The position numbers were made by a program, and so were the translations under genes. Below are positions 28,289 through 37,079 of a stretch of 56,490 nucleotides of DNA, in pieces. Position 1 is the stretch's first letter, and each line of letters begins with the position of its first letter. The DNA lies in contig REAG01000118.1 of NCBI GenBank assembly GCA_004294265.1, positions 1 to 56,490 on the forward strand, written 5' to 3'. The notes beneath the pieces are model-generated. The model saw only the letters and a program-made list of their open reading frames with translations, had not been told where the DNA came from and made no database searches. This stretch comes from Cytophagales bacterium (GTDB lineage: Bacteria > Bacteroidota > Bacteroidia > Cytophagales > UBA9547).

Positions 28289-28485
28289 AGTGCTTTTGCT
28301 TTATTTTGCTTAAACTCTTCCAATGCCATAGCAGCTAAATTGTCAAATTTATTATTTTTGATGTCTGATTCTAATTTTTTATCCCATTGTAGATAATCAA
28401 AATCATAAAACCAATTTCTGAACAACAAATAATCTTCTTTAGATAATTGAGCAACCGTTTGCTCAGCTTTTAATAACGTTTTCAT
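28285..28485 (-). CDS. Antitoxin partner of the ParE-like toxin
   Basis: 66 aa. FRNWFYDFDYLQWDKKLESDIKNNKFDNLAAMALEEFKQNKAKAL resembles the antitoxins paired with this toxin class. Position and overlap fit a TA operon. Confidence 0.65.
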   Translation of the reverse strand: MKTLLKAEQTVAQLSKEDYLLFRNWFYDFDYLQWDKKLESDIKNNKFDNLAAMALEEFKQNKAKAL

Positions 28486-28561
28486 TTGCTAAAAAACATT
28501 TAATATAATCAAAATTAGGAAAATTTATTGATTAAATGCTATTTTTTTTAAAATTTCAGTG

Positions 28562-28779
28562 GTCTTTTATGATGTACAATCCTCTAAGTGTTGGAATATC
28601 CCTATTAAGCAATTTTGCAGTTTCAATCCATTCATTAATCATAATAAATACATTTGTTAATGCCTCAAAGTAGCTACTTCCATCTGCTTTGAAAAAGCTA
28701 ATTCTGGAACATCTACAATATATAAATTATCTTCAACACTCTAATACATGATTAATTCATATTTTATGTCGTTATTCAT
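28562..28779 (-). pseudogene. hicB-like pseudogene (paralog of 27456-27674)
   Basis: The first 37 nt are identical to the intact copy. Then TGG to TAG at codon 13 (28741-28743) and a 1-nt deletion near 28700. The remaining sequence is still alignable (…NEWIETAKLLNRDIP…). Confidence 0.75.
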
Positions 28780-29405
28780 GAAGTTTTGTATTTCAAAATT
28801 AAATCACCGAAATGAGTATGCAAAGAAGGTACATAGACCATTACTTTATGTAATTCATATAAATCAACATCATTTGCACTCCCAGAATGAATATTTAAAA
28901 TATCACAAAAAATTATTGTAGATGTATTAATTACCCAATCTATATCCATTTCATATATTTGATTATTTTTAGTCGGCTTTTTATAATATACTTCATAAAT
29001 TAAGTTTTCAAAATACTTTGTTTCGGAGTTGTTTAAGTTAATAGAAGAAAATGAAGAAATATGCTCTTCGCTACTAAGTAATTTTCTGCCAGATTTTATT
29101 AATTTCAAAATTTCAACTCTAGATTCTGGAATTAATAAATAAATTATATGCAAATCTTGATAAAAAATTAGCATTTCTGTTTTTACTATTTCCTTTTTGG
29201 TTAAAACATTTAGCAAGTTTATTGTAATTTCTACAGCAACTTTAATATCATCACTATTAAGCTTTTTAACAAGTTCTGAATTTAAAATTTGATTTTTATG
29301 AGTTTTTAGGCTTGAGTATGACAAATTTAATATATTCAATATAGATTTATGGTTAACATCTCTATCAGTTTGAATTATTACGGGATTACTACTACTAAAT
29401 TTCAT
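28776..29405 (-). CDS. Hypothetical protein, 209 aa, no family recognised; ATGA-coupled to the hicB pseudogene
   Basis: Intact ORF whose TGA (28778-28776) overlaps the ATG (28779-27777 frame, i.e. 28779-28777) of the hicB-like pseudogene. No signal peptide or TM segment. Confidence 0.6.
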   Translation of the reverse strand: MKFSSSNPVIIQTDRDVNHKSILNILNLSYSSLKTHKNQILNSELVKKLNSDDIKVAVEITINLLNVLTKKEIVKTEMLIFYQDLHIIYLLIPESRVEILKLIKSGRKLLSSEEHISSFSSINLNNSETKYFENLIYEVYYKKPTKNNQIYEMDIDWVINTSTIIFCDILNIHSGSANDVDLYELHKVMVYVPSLHTHFGDLILKYKTS

Positions 29406-29454
29406 TTATTTTTAATTACTAATCTGTTTTTACTTTGAATAACTCTTTTTTTTT

Positions 29455-29486
29455 ATTACAAAATAAACGCTCCAATTGGAGCGTTT
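29455..29486 (-). terminator. Rho-independent terminator after nrdA
   Basis: AAACGCTCC aatt GGAGCGTTT, followed on the minus strand by a TTTATTTT tract. Confidence 0.7.
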
Positions 29487-29510
29487 TAATTTCTATTCAA
29501 CTAATATTTC

Positions 29511-31925
29511 TCAACTTCCGCAAGCCTCGCATCCTTCAGGATTATCGAGCGAGCAAACCATATCAGCTACTTTTTGTTCGTCATTGATGAGCGGCACAAG
29601 CGATGGTTCGGCTTGTTTTTCTACCGTAAATTTCACGGCATCGGCTGCTGCAGTGGTTCTTAGGTAATACATGCCTGTTTTTAATCCTTTTTTCCAAGCA
29701 TAAAAGTGCATAGAAGTCATTTTACCAAAATTAGGCTCGGTCATATAAATATTCAAACTTTGGCTTTGGCAAATATAGGCACCACGGTCGGCACTCATAT
29801 CTATGATTGTTTTTTGCTTAATTTCCCACACCGTTTTGTAAATATCTTTAATGTTTTGTGGTATTTCTGCAATATTTTGAACCGAACCATTGGCGGTCAT
29901 CAATTTGTTTTTGATGTTATCGTTCCAAAGGTTTAGTTTTATAAGGTCTTTTAATAAATGTTTGTTTACAACCGCAAACGCACCTGAAAGAACTTCTCGC
30001 TTATAAATATTGGAAGTATAAGGTTCAAAAGATTCGTTATTTCCTAAAATTTGAGCCGTAGAGGCGGTTGGCATTGGAGCTAATAAAAGCGAGTTTCTTA
30101 CACCATGTTTTTTAACTTCTTTGCGAAGATTATCCCAATCCCATCTGCCCGAATTTGGAGTTACGCCCCACATATCAAACTGAAAAATGCCTTTCGATAC
30201 GGGCGAACCTTTGAATGTTTCATAAGCACCAAATTTGATGGCTTGATCCTTAGATGCTGTCATGGCAGCAAAATAAATTGTTTCAAATATATCTTTGTTA
30301 AGTCCCTGAGCTTCAGGCGATTCAAACGGCATTCTTAACATTATAAATACGTCAGCCAATCCTTGAACGCCAATTCCGATGGGGCGATGACGCATATTTG
30401 AGTTTCTTGCCTCCTCAACTGGATAATAATTAATATCAATAATTTTATTCAAGTTTTTGGTTGCATGATAGGTTACTTCATACAATTTTTTGTGATCAAA
30501 TTTGCCATCAATCACATATTTGGGCAATGCCATTGAAGCCAAATTACAAACCGCAATTTCATCTTTGGAGGTATATTCCATAATTTCGGTGCATAAGTTA
30601 GAAGACTTAATAGTACCTAAATTTTTCTGATTCGATTTTTTGTTGGCAGCATCTTTATACAACATGTAAGGAGTACCTGTTTCGATTTGTGATTCGACTA
30701 TTTGAAACCATAAATCTTGTGCTTTTACTTGCTTGCGATATTTGCCTTCACGCTCGTATTTTTCGTATAATTTCACAAAATCATCGCCATAGGCTTCTGC
30801 TAAACCAGGAGCTTCATTAGGGCAAAAGAGCGACCAAACATCGTTATCTTCTACTCTTTTCATGAATAAATCGGGCGTCCAGAGTGCGTAAAACAAATCT
30901 CTTGCACGCATTTCCTCTTTTCCGTGATTCTTTTTTAGTTGTAAAAATTCAAATACATCCGCATGCCAAGGTTCTAAGTAAACGGCAAATGCACCTTTTC
31001 GTTTTCCACCACCTTGATCTACATATCTTGCTGTGTCGTTAAAAACACGCAACATTGGAATAATGCCGTTTGAAGTTCCGTTTGTGCCTTTAATGTATGA
31101 ACCGGTGGCTCTTACGTTATGAATGCTTAAACCAATTCCTCCCGCAGATTGTGAAATTTTTGCGCATTGTTTTAAAGTATCATATATTCCTTCAATGCTA
31201 TCTTGTTGCATAGTAAGTAAGAAACAAGAAGAAAGTTGTGCTTTTGGAGTTCCTGCATTAAATAAAGTTGGGGTTGCATGCGTAAACCATTTTTCAGACA
31301 TTAAATTGTAGGTTTCAATAACTGATTCTAAGTCTTCGCCATGAATTCCTACTGCTACACGCATAATCATGTGTTGCGGACGCTCTACTATTTTGCCATC
31401 TAATTTTAAAAGGTAAGATTTTTCTAATGTTTTAAATCCAAAATAATCGTAATTAAAATCACGTTCATATATAATACTTGAATCTAACAAAGAAGCATTT
31501 TTGCGAATTACTTCGTAGGTTTCCTTAGATAAGAGTGAAGCATTTTCGCCAGTTTTTGGATCATCATACGTATATAATCTTTTCATGGTATTTGAAAAAG
31601 ACTTACTCGTAAGTTTATGCAAATTAGAAACTGCAATTCGAGCAGCTAAAATTGCATAATCTGGATGACGAGTTGTTAAAGACGCAGCTTGTTCGGCAGC
31701 CAAATTATCCAATTCTTGAGTAGAAATACCATCAAAAATACCCGTGATAACTTTTTTAGAAATCTCAACAGGATCTATAAAATTCATATCCAATCCATAA
31801 CTCAATCGGTCGATTCGAGCCGTAATTTTATCAAATTTTACTGATTCTTTTCTTCCATCTCGTTTGATAACGAGCATCGTTTTTTGAATGTTTAAAGAAG
31901 TTTGATGGTTATCTAGGGTTGCCAT
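29511..31925 (-). CDS. nrdA: Class Ia ribonucleoside-diphosphate reductase, alpha subunit
   Basis: 804 aa. ATP-cone ([16 protein letters not shown]), SSCFL, NLCTEI, and a C-terminal CxxC tail (EGCEACGS). Confidence 0.95.
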   Translation of the reverse strand: MATLDNHQTSLNIQKTMLVIKRDGRKESVKFDKITARIDRLSYGLDMNFIDPVEISKKVITGIFDGISTQELDNLAAEQAASLTTRHPDYAILAARIAVSNLHKLTSKSFSNTMKRLYTYDDPKTGENASLLSKETYEVIRKNASLLDSSIIYERDFNYDYFGFKTLEKSYLLKLDGKIVERPQHMIMRVAVGIHGEDLESVIETYNLMSEKWFTHATPTLFNAGTPKAQLSSCFLLTMQQDSIEGIYDTLKQCAKISQSAGGIGLSIHNVRATGSYIKGTNGTSNGIIPMLRVFNDTARYVDQGGGKRKGAFAVYLEPWHADVFEFLQLKKNHGKEEMRARDLFYALWTPDLFMKRVEDNDVWSLFCPNEAPGLAEAYGDDFVKLYEKYEREGKYRKQVKAQDLWFQIVESQIETGTPYMLYKDAANKKSNQKNLGTIKSSNLCTEIMEYTSKDEIAVCNLASMALPKYVIDGKFDHKKLYEVTYHATKNLNKIIDINYYPVEEARNSNMRHRPIGIGVQGLADVFIMLRMPFESPEAQGLNKDIFETIYFAAMTASKDQAIKFGAYETFKGSPVSKGIFQFDMWGVTPNSGRWDWDNLRKEVKKHGVRNSLLLAPMPTASTAQILGNNESFEPYTSNIYKREVLSGAFAVVNKHLLKDLIKLNLWNDNIKNKLMTANGSVQNIAEIPQNIKDIYKTVWEIKQKTIIDMSADRGAYICQSQSLNIYMTEPNFGKMTSMHFYAWKKGLKTGMYYLRTTAAADAVKFTVEKQAEPSLVPLINDEQKVADMVCSLDNPEGCEACGS

Positions 31926-32279
31926 TTTTTTTTATATAAATAAGATTTTTTTACTTTTTTCTTTTGTGATGACTTGAATGATAATTTAAAATTAACAATT
32001 AAGTTTCAAATATCCAACCTAAATTAATAGGTAAAATACTAAAGTTTTCAACATGATTATACATACAAAAAATAAGGGTTTGTTGATAAAAAAAAATTTT
32101 CATGTATTGTTTTTTTAAAATTTTAAATATAAATTCATATCTTTTGTTGAAAATGTATAATTTTTTCAATAAATTAAGGTTTAGGATTAATATTTTACTG
32201 TTGATAACCTCTAAAAACCTAAAGTAATTTATTTTAAAATAAATTTTTTAATATCATGTACTTTAATAATATTAATGGC

Positions 32280-32440
32280 ATGATAAAAGTATTCAAACGC
32301 CAACATGCTAACGGTTTTTTATAATGATTTAAGATTGACAAAACTTACTAAGTTGGGCGATTCTCTCGTCAAATTAAAATAAAAAGTTGATTTTAATCTA
32401 TTTAAAATTTTTTTATTCTCTGTTAACAGTAATTAAAAAT
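32280..32440 (+). pseudogene. Possible IS5-like (DUF772-type N-terminus) transposase fragment
   Basis: Reads MIKVFKRQHANGFL*, then in another frame DLRLTKLTKLGDSLVKLK*KVDFNLFKIF. This resembles the LSKLGDPLEKLN..IDWE.FR N-terminal segment of IS5-family transposases. It has stops and a frameshift, and no DDE part. Confidence 0.35.
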
Positions 32441-32591
32441 TAATTTATAATTACATTAATTTTACTTAACGATAGTTAAAACACAAGAATAAAATAGGGA
32501 AAAGTGAATTTTTATGAAATGGATAGTATAATTTATAAAATTATCAATATTTGTATTTAAAGAATTAAAATTCTATTATTTTTGAATAATT

Positions 32592-33359
32592 TTATTTAAA
32601 ACTATTACTTCCGCTAGATTCTTTCATCAAAGAAGGCTCGATGGCATCCACAATATTGGCGGTAAGTGTAACTTTTTGAGATGGTTTTAAAATGTCGTTT
32701 GATTTAATATAGGCGTTATCTATTTGAAAACCAGTGCTATAAGGGGCATAAATCAACTCAATAATTCCTTTCTCGCCACTTTTGATGAACTCTTGTTTTG
32801 AATTAAAACTAATGCAATTACAAGCCGAACTTACTTGAGTGATTTTTAAATCGCTTCTGCCAAGATTTGTTATAGTTACTTTAACTGGTAGTTTAGCACC
32901 TTTTTCTACTTTTCCAAAGTTATGTTCGGTTTTTTCTAGAATTAATTTTGGCGATAATTTCAATTCTGCATCTGAATATTTTGATTCACTTTTAGCAAAA
33001 ACTGAACCCTTAATATAGAGTGTTGTCATAGCAGGTTCGCCATTAGTAGTAACTGTGATAGATTTATTGAAAAAACCTAACCTTCCGTGAGTGCCATAAG
33101 TAGCTTTAATTGAACCTTCTTTTCTTGGCATGACAGGCTCTCTCGACCATTCAGGGGTGGTGCAACCGCAAGATGGACGAACATCAGAAATAATTAATGG
33201 ACTATTTCCTGTGTTTTTGACTGTGAATAAATGTATTGCTAAATCATCTTCGATTAACTCACCAAAATCGTAAGAATCAGAATTAAATTTATAAGTAGTT
33301 TGCGAAAAAACATTTAATATACTAACTAAAAAAAAGACTAATAGCGTTTTAAATTTCAT
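32592..33359 (-). CDS. DUF1573 domain protein (two repeats), secreted
   Basis: Start taken at ATG 33359 (MKFKTLLVFFLVSILNVFSQ). Two DUF1573-like units (YDFGELIED...NTGNSPLIISDVRPSCGCT and HNFGKVEKG...NLGRSDLKITQVSSACNC). Confidence 0.8.
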   Translation of the reverse strand: MKFKTLLVFFLVSILNVFSQTTYKFNSDSYDFGELIEDDLAIHLFTVKNTGNSPLIISDVRPSCGCTTPEWSREPVMPRKEGSIKATYGTHGRLGFFNKSITVTTNGEPAMTTLYIKGSVFAKSESKYSDAELKLSPKLILEKTEHNFGKVEKGAKLPVKVTITNLGRSDLKITQVSSACNCISFNSKQEFIKSGEKGIIELIYAPYSTGFQIDNAYIKSNDILKPSQKVTLTANIVDAIEPSLMKESSGSNSFK

Positions 33360-33475
33360 TTTGTTAATTTTATATAGCAAAGATATTAAATAATTAAAAA
33401 ACTTTCTAATAAGTTTCATTAAATTATTTTGAGATTTTTAGAATAACCACAAAAAGTTGATAAAGTTTATAGAAT

Positions 33476-34375
33476 TTATTCATTTTCAGAGAATAAATGT
33501 TTAAATTTTTGAATGTTTAAAGTTAAAGTAAAAGGTAATAATTCAAGATTATTTATCTTAAAAAGTTTTAACTTTTTATCATGAATTACTTTTTTATTTT
33601 TTAAAATTGTATTAATAAAATCTTTTGATTTGAATTTGTTTTCATTAAACTCGGCATGAGCAAATGACTCTAATTTTGTAATAATTTTATCTATTCCTCC
33701 TAAATAACTAAAATGCCATCCGCTATTTTTTATATAATTAACATCGAAATGGTATTTTTTTAGCAAATCTCGGCAATGCTGAGGAGAAATTAAATCTTTT
33801 TTCTTTAAAATAACGCTTGCTTGCCAAAATGTATTATTTATGTGTTTGTATCTATATTTCGTAATATTTAAAAATTTTCCAAGAAAATAATATTTCCATG
33901 AAAACGAATATTTAGCTTGTAAATCAACGAAATAGTAATAAAAATTCATTAAAAGAATTATAATAGGCTTTTCATTAAAAGTAATATTTTTGATTATTTC
34001 TTTTTTAGGTATTTCATCAATATCAGAAATGATAATAATATCATTTTCATGTGCTAGAGTTAACCCTCTTTCTATTGCATTACGTTGAAAATGTTCTAAA
34101 TTCCAATTTTTGTCAGTATTTAAAATATCATTTTCAGGAATATCATCTACTTTTATATGAATTATTTTATCTAAAAATGAAGAATATCTTGATTTATTTT
34201 CTTCAAAATAATACGACTTTGGATTTCCTTGATGCGTAAAATTAGCCTCAACCAACACAAAAAAATCAGCGACATTTGCAAGTTCATTTAATCTAATTTC
34301 AAGTAGATCAAGTTCGTTAAAAAATGTAAAACAATCGTAGATTTTTGGTTTTATTTCTGACATAATTGAAGGCAA
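33476..34375 (-). CDS. Glycosyltransferase family 17-like (MGAT3/bisecting GlcNAc-transferase-like)
   Basis: 299 aa with IYDCFTFFNELDLLEIRLNEL...FVLVEANFTHQGNPK, ISDIDEIP and GWHFSYLGG, characteristic of GT17. Confidence 0.7.
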   Translation of the reverse strand: MPSIMSEIKPKIYDCFTFFNELDLLEIRLNELANVADFFVLVEANFTHQGNPKSYYFEENKSRYSSFLDKIIHIKVDDIPENDILNTDKNWNLEHFQRNAIERGLTLAHENDIIIISDIDEIPKKEIIKNITFNEKPIIILLMNFYYYFVDLQAKYSFSWKYYFLGKFLNITKYRYKHINNTFWQASVILKKKDLISPQHCRDLLKKYHFDVNYIKNSGWHFSYLGGIDKIITKLESFAHAEFNENKFKSKDFINTILKNKKVIHDKKLKLFKINNLELLPFTLTLNIQKFKHLFSENE

Positions 34376-34380
34376 ATAAA

Positions 34381-34827
34381 TTATTTTATATCTAAAACTT
34401 CACTCAAAACATTATTGTGAATAAAAATATCGCCTACTTTTTTATTTTCTAATATTTTTCCAATTGGTGAAGCCAATGAAATGATGGTGTATTTCAAGCC
34501 CTCAAGTTGTACTATTCCAATACTTGAGGCTATAAAAAAAACTCCATTTGTCGTTTTAACCACACTTCCTAATTCAATTTTTGAAGTTATTTTAAGTTGA
34601 ATTGATTTTAAAAATTGAATGGTTTTAATGGCAATATCCAAATTTTTAGCATACATATCACGAGCAATATGGCTCATTGCCCGTGAAGTTTCGTATTTAT
34701 CGCCTGCTGAGCTTTTTGTTTCGTCATTTGCCGATTCTTGTGCCATATTGATGGCATCTTGTGCTTGTTTGGCTCTTTCGCTGTAATATTCAATGCAATA
34801 TTTCAAAAGCATTGTTTTAGTATTCAT
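34381..34827 (-). CDS. GreA/GreB C-terminal-domain-like protein
   Basis: 148 aa. N-terminal coiled coil with SSAGDKYETSRAM, C-terminal LGSVV....G.FFIASSIG......Y..ISL.SPIG..L..KKVGD, as in the small Bacteroidota GreA-like proteins. Confidence 0.55.
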   Translation of the reverse strand: MNTKTMLLKYCIEYYSERAKQAQDAINMAQESANDETKSSAGDKYETSRAMSHIARDMYAKNLDIAIKTIQFLKSIQLKITSKIELGSVVKTTNGVFFIASSIGIVQLEGLKYTIISLASPIGKILENKKVGDIFIHNNVLSEVLDIK

Positions 34828-34841
34828 CTTGAAATTTAATT

Positions 34842-36476
34842 TTAAAACTTACCTTTTTCAATTTTATCGGCTTTATCAAAAAGCTTCATAGCTTGAATAA
34901 ATACCTCATCCTTTTCTAATGAAATTTGGTAATATCCATTCATATTCCATATTCCACGAGCAATCATAGATTTTAGGATATTTTTAAGATATTCTTTTGA
35001 ACGATTAAAATCTTTTTCTACATATTTTATCTTCTCTTTTTCTCCTAATTTTATCAAATCTTTAAGCATTTCATCTGTAATTTTAAATTCGCTTTTAAAT
35101 TTATCAAATGCTATCGCTTCTAGCGTCTTCTTATTATTTACCACATACTCAAAAGTGAAATCACGAATGCAACCTCTTCCGAACAATTCGCCTAAATAAG
35201 GCGAAAACATAGAGGTATCTCTAGGTACAAAAATATCTGGCATGATGCCACCTCCGCCATAAACTTTTCTTCCTTTTGAAGTAAGATATTGTAATTTTTT
35301 ATCAAATTTAATGCTGTCTGGCGAAAAGAATTCACCTTTTTTATAGCGATTTGCTAAGTCCATTTCGTAAGCGTCTCCATCACCTTTTGTGTAAGGTTTT
35401 TGAATACTTCTTCCGCTTGGCGTGTAATATCTTGAAATTGTCAATCTAATTTCTGAATTGTCGCCCAGTGGAATTGGCATTTGCACCAAACCTTTTCCAA
35501 AAGAACGTCTGCCCACAATTAATGCTCGGTCGTTGTCTTGCAAAGCACCCGAAACAATTTCTGAAGCCGAAGCACTTCCTTCGTCCACTAAAACTATAAT
35601 TGGACCTTTTTCAAAATCGCCTGGAATAAAACAACGATGCTCTTGATTGTATCTTGATTGTTTTCCTTTAGTAAAAACAATTAATTTATCGCCACTCAAA
35701 AACTCATCAGCCATGCGAGTAGCATGATCCATATAGCCTCCTGGATTGCCTCTCAAATCCAAAACAAGTCGTTTTACACCTTTAGCTTTCAAATCGGTAA
35801 GTCCTTTTTTGAACTCATCATACGTTTTTTCAGCAAATCTATTCACTTTAATATAACCAGTTTTGTCATCCACCATAATTGCAGCTTCAACCGAAAAAGT
35901 AGGAATTTTATCTCTTGTAATTATAAATTCTAGCAAATTTATTACGTTTCTTCTTTTGATAGAAACTTTTACTTTTGTTCCTTTCTTACCTCTTAAATAT
36001 TTGAAAACGTCATCATTCGTAAGTTTTACGCTGGCTACATTTTTATCATCAACTTTTAAAATTTTGTCACCAGCCATCAAACCAACCTGTTCGGAAGGAC
36101 CAGTAGGGATTACGCCAGCTACCATAAGCGTATCTTTCATGATTTGAAATTCAATACCAATGCCTTCAAAATCACTTTTTAACTGCGCTTTTGCCATATC
36201 AATATCTTTGGGCGGAATATAAACAGAGTGCGGATCGAGTTTTTCTAACATTTTTGTAATTGCCTCATCCGTAAGTTCGTCCGTATTTACGGTATCCACA
36301 TATTCGCTACTTACATAATGGATGACATCACGAAACTTGTTTGAAGAACTCATGGGGTCGTTTTTTTGTGATTCTGTACCAAACATTTTTGCTCCAATAA
36401 ATATACCTGAAGCCAAAGTGGCAGCCACAATAATTGGAAGACGAATCGCCCATTTTGAATTTTTAATTTCTGACAT
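34842..36476 (-). CDS. S41 carboxy-terminal processing peptidase
   Basis: 544 aa. N-terminal TM segment, PDZ region (GIGIEF...GPSEQVGLMAGDKILKVD), catalytic region LDLRGNPGG and VDEGSASASEI. Confidence 0.9.
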   Translation of the reverse strand: MSEIKNSKWAIRLPIIVAATLASGIFIGAKMFGTESQKNDPMSSSNKFRDVIHYVSSEYVDTVNTDELTDEAITKMLEKLDPHSVYIPPKDIDMAKAQLKSDFEGIGIEFQIMKDTLMVAGVIPTGPSEQVGLMAGDKILKVDDKNVASVKLTNDDVFKYLRGKKGTKVKVSIKRRNVINLLEFIITRDKIPTFSVEAAIMVDDKTGYIKVNRFAEKTYDEFKKGLTDLKAKGVKRLVLDLRGNPGGYMDHATRMADEFLSGDKLIVFTKGKQSRYNQEHRCFIPGDFEKGPIIVLVDEGSASASEIVSGALQDNDRALIVGRRSFGKGLVQMPIPLGDNSEIRLTISRYYTPSGRSIQKPYTKGDGDAYEMDLANRYKKGEFFSPDSIKFDKKLQYLTSKGRKVYGGGGIMPDIFVPRDTSMFSPYLGELFGRGCIRDFTFEYVVNNKKTLEAIAFDKFKSEFKITDEMLKDLIKLGEKEKIKYVEKDFNRSKEYLKNILKSMIARGIWNMNGYYQISLEKDEVFIQAMKLFDKADKIEKGKF

Positions 36477-36646
36477 AAGAAATTTTAAATAATTAATGAT
36501 TTAATAATACAAATTAAATAGTTTTTTGTTCAAAAACATTGATTTTTCATATTTATTAATTATTTTAGGAGTATTTTTAAATTAACTCTTATAAAATGAT
36601 TTTTAAATATTTGTATTTACGTAATTTATAATTCCATTTTTAAAAT

Positions 36647-36654
36647 TATATTTG
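36647..36654 (+). promoter_or_regulatory. Bacteroidota -7 promoter box (TATATTTG) upstream of ppnP
   Basis: TAnnTTTG match 29 nt upstream of ATG 36683. Confidence 0.4.
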
Positions 36655-36682
36655 TGTTTAAAATTTAATACACATATATAAT

Positions 36683-36964
36683 ATGATTCAAGTAAACGAA
36701 TATTTTGATGGAAAAGTAAAGTCATTGGTTGTAAATGGCGTTGCCGGCAAGGAAACAGTGGGTGTAATGGCACCAGGAGAATATGAATTTGGCACTTCTC
36801 AGAAAGAAATTATGACAATTATTACAGGCGCTTTGGTAGTGAAATTACCAGGGGAGTCCAATTGGGATGTTTTTCAAAAAGGAGAAGCATTTGAAGTTCC
36901 TGCAAATGCCAAATTTCAATTAAAAGTATATGTAGATACGGCTTATTTATGCCAATATTTGTAA
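36683..36964 (+). CDS. ppnP: Pyrimidine/purine nucleoside phosphorylase PpnP (DUF1255)
   Basis: 93 aa. [11 protein letters not shown]......G.....[11 protein letters not shown]...E.M....G is the canonical PpnP pattern. Confidence 0.85.
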   Translation: MIQVNEYFDGKVKSLVVNGVAGKETVGVMAPGEYEFGTSQKEIMTIITGALVVKLPGESNWDVFQKGEAFEVPANAKFQLKVYVDTAYLCQYL

Positions 36965-37010
36965 TATTAAAGTGATTTTAAAATTAAAAAATATAATTAT
37001 TTTCTTCAAA

Positions 37011-37063
37011 AAATTAAATGTAATTTTTGTATTTTTTAGATATATAAAAATTACATTTAATTT
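37011..37063 (+). terminator. Rho-independent terminator after ppnP (18-bp perfect stem)
   Basis: AAATTAAATGTAATTTTT (37011-37028) pairs with AAAAATTACATTTAATTT (37046-37063), followed by ATTTTTTATT. It lies inside the annotated 5' extension of the next ORF. Confidence 0.6.
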
Positions 37064-37079
37064 ATTTTTTATTACTTTT

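Noticed and set aside
31926-32200. NrdR boxes upstream of nrdA
   Set aside because: I could not find a 16-bp ACAC.ATATAT.GTGT-type palindrome, let alone the usual tandem pair. The region is simply A/T-rich.
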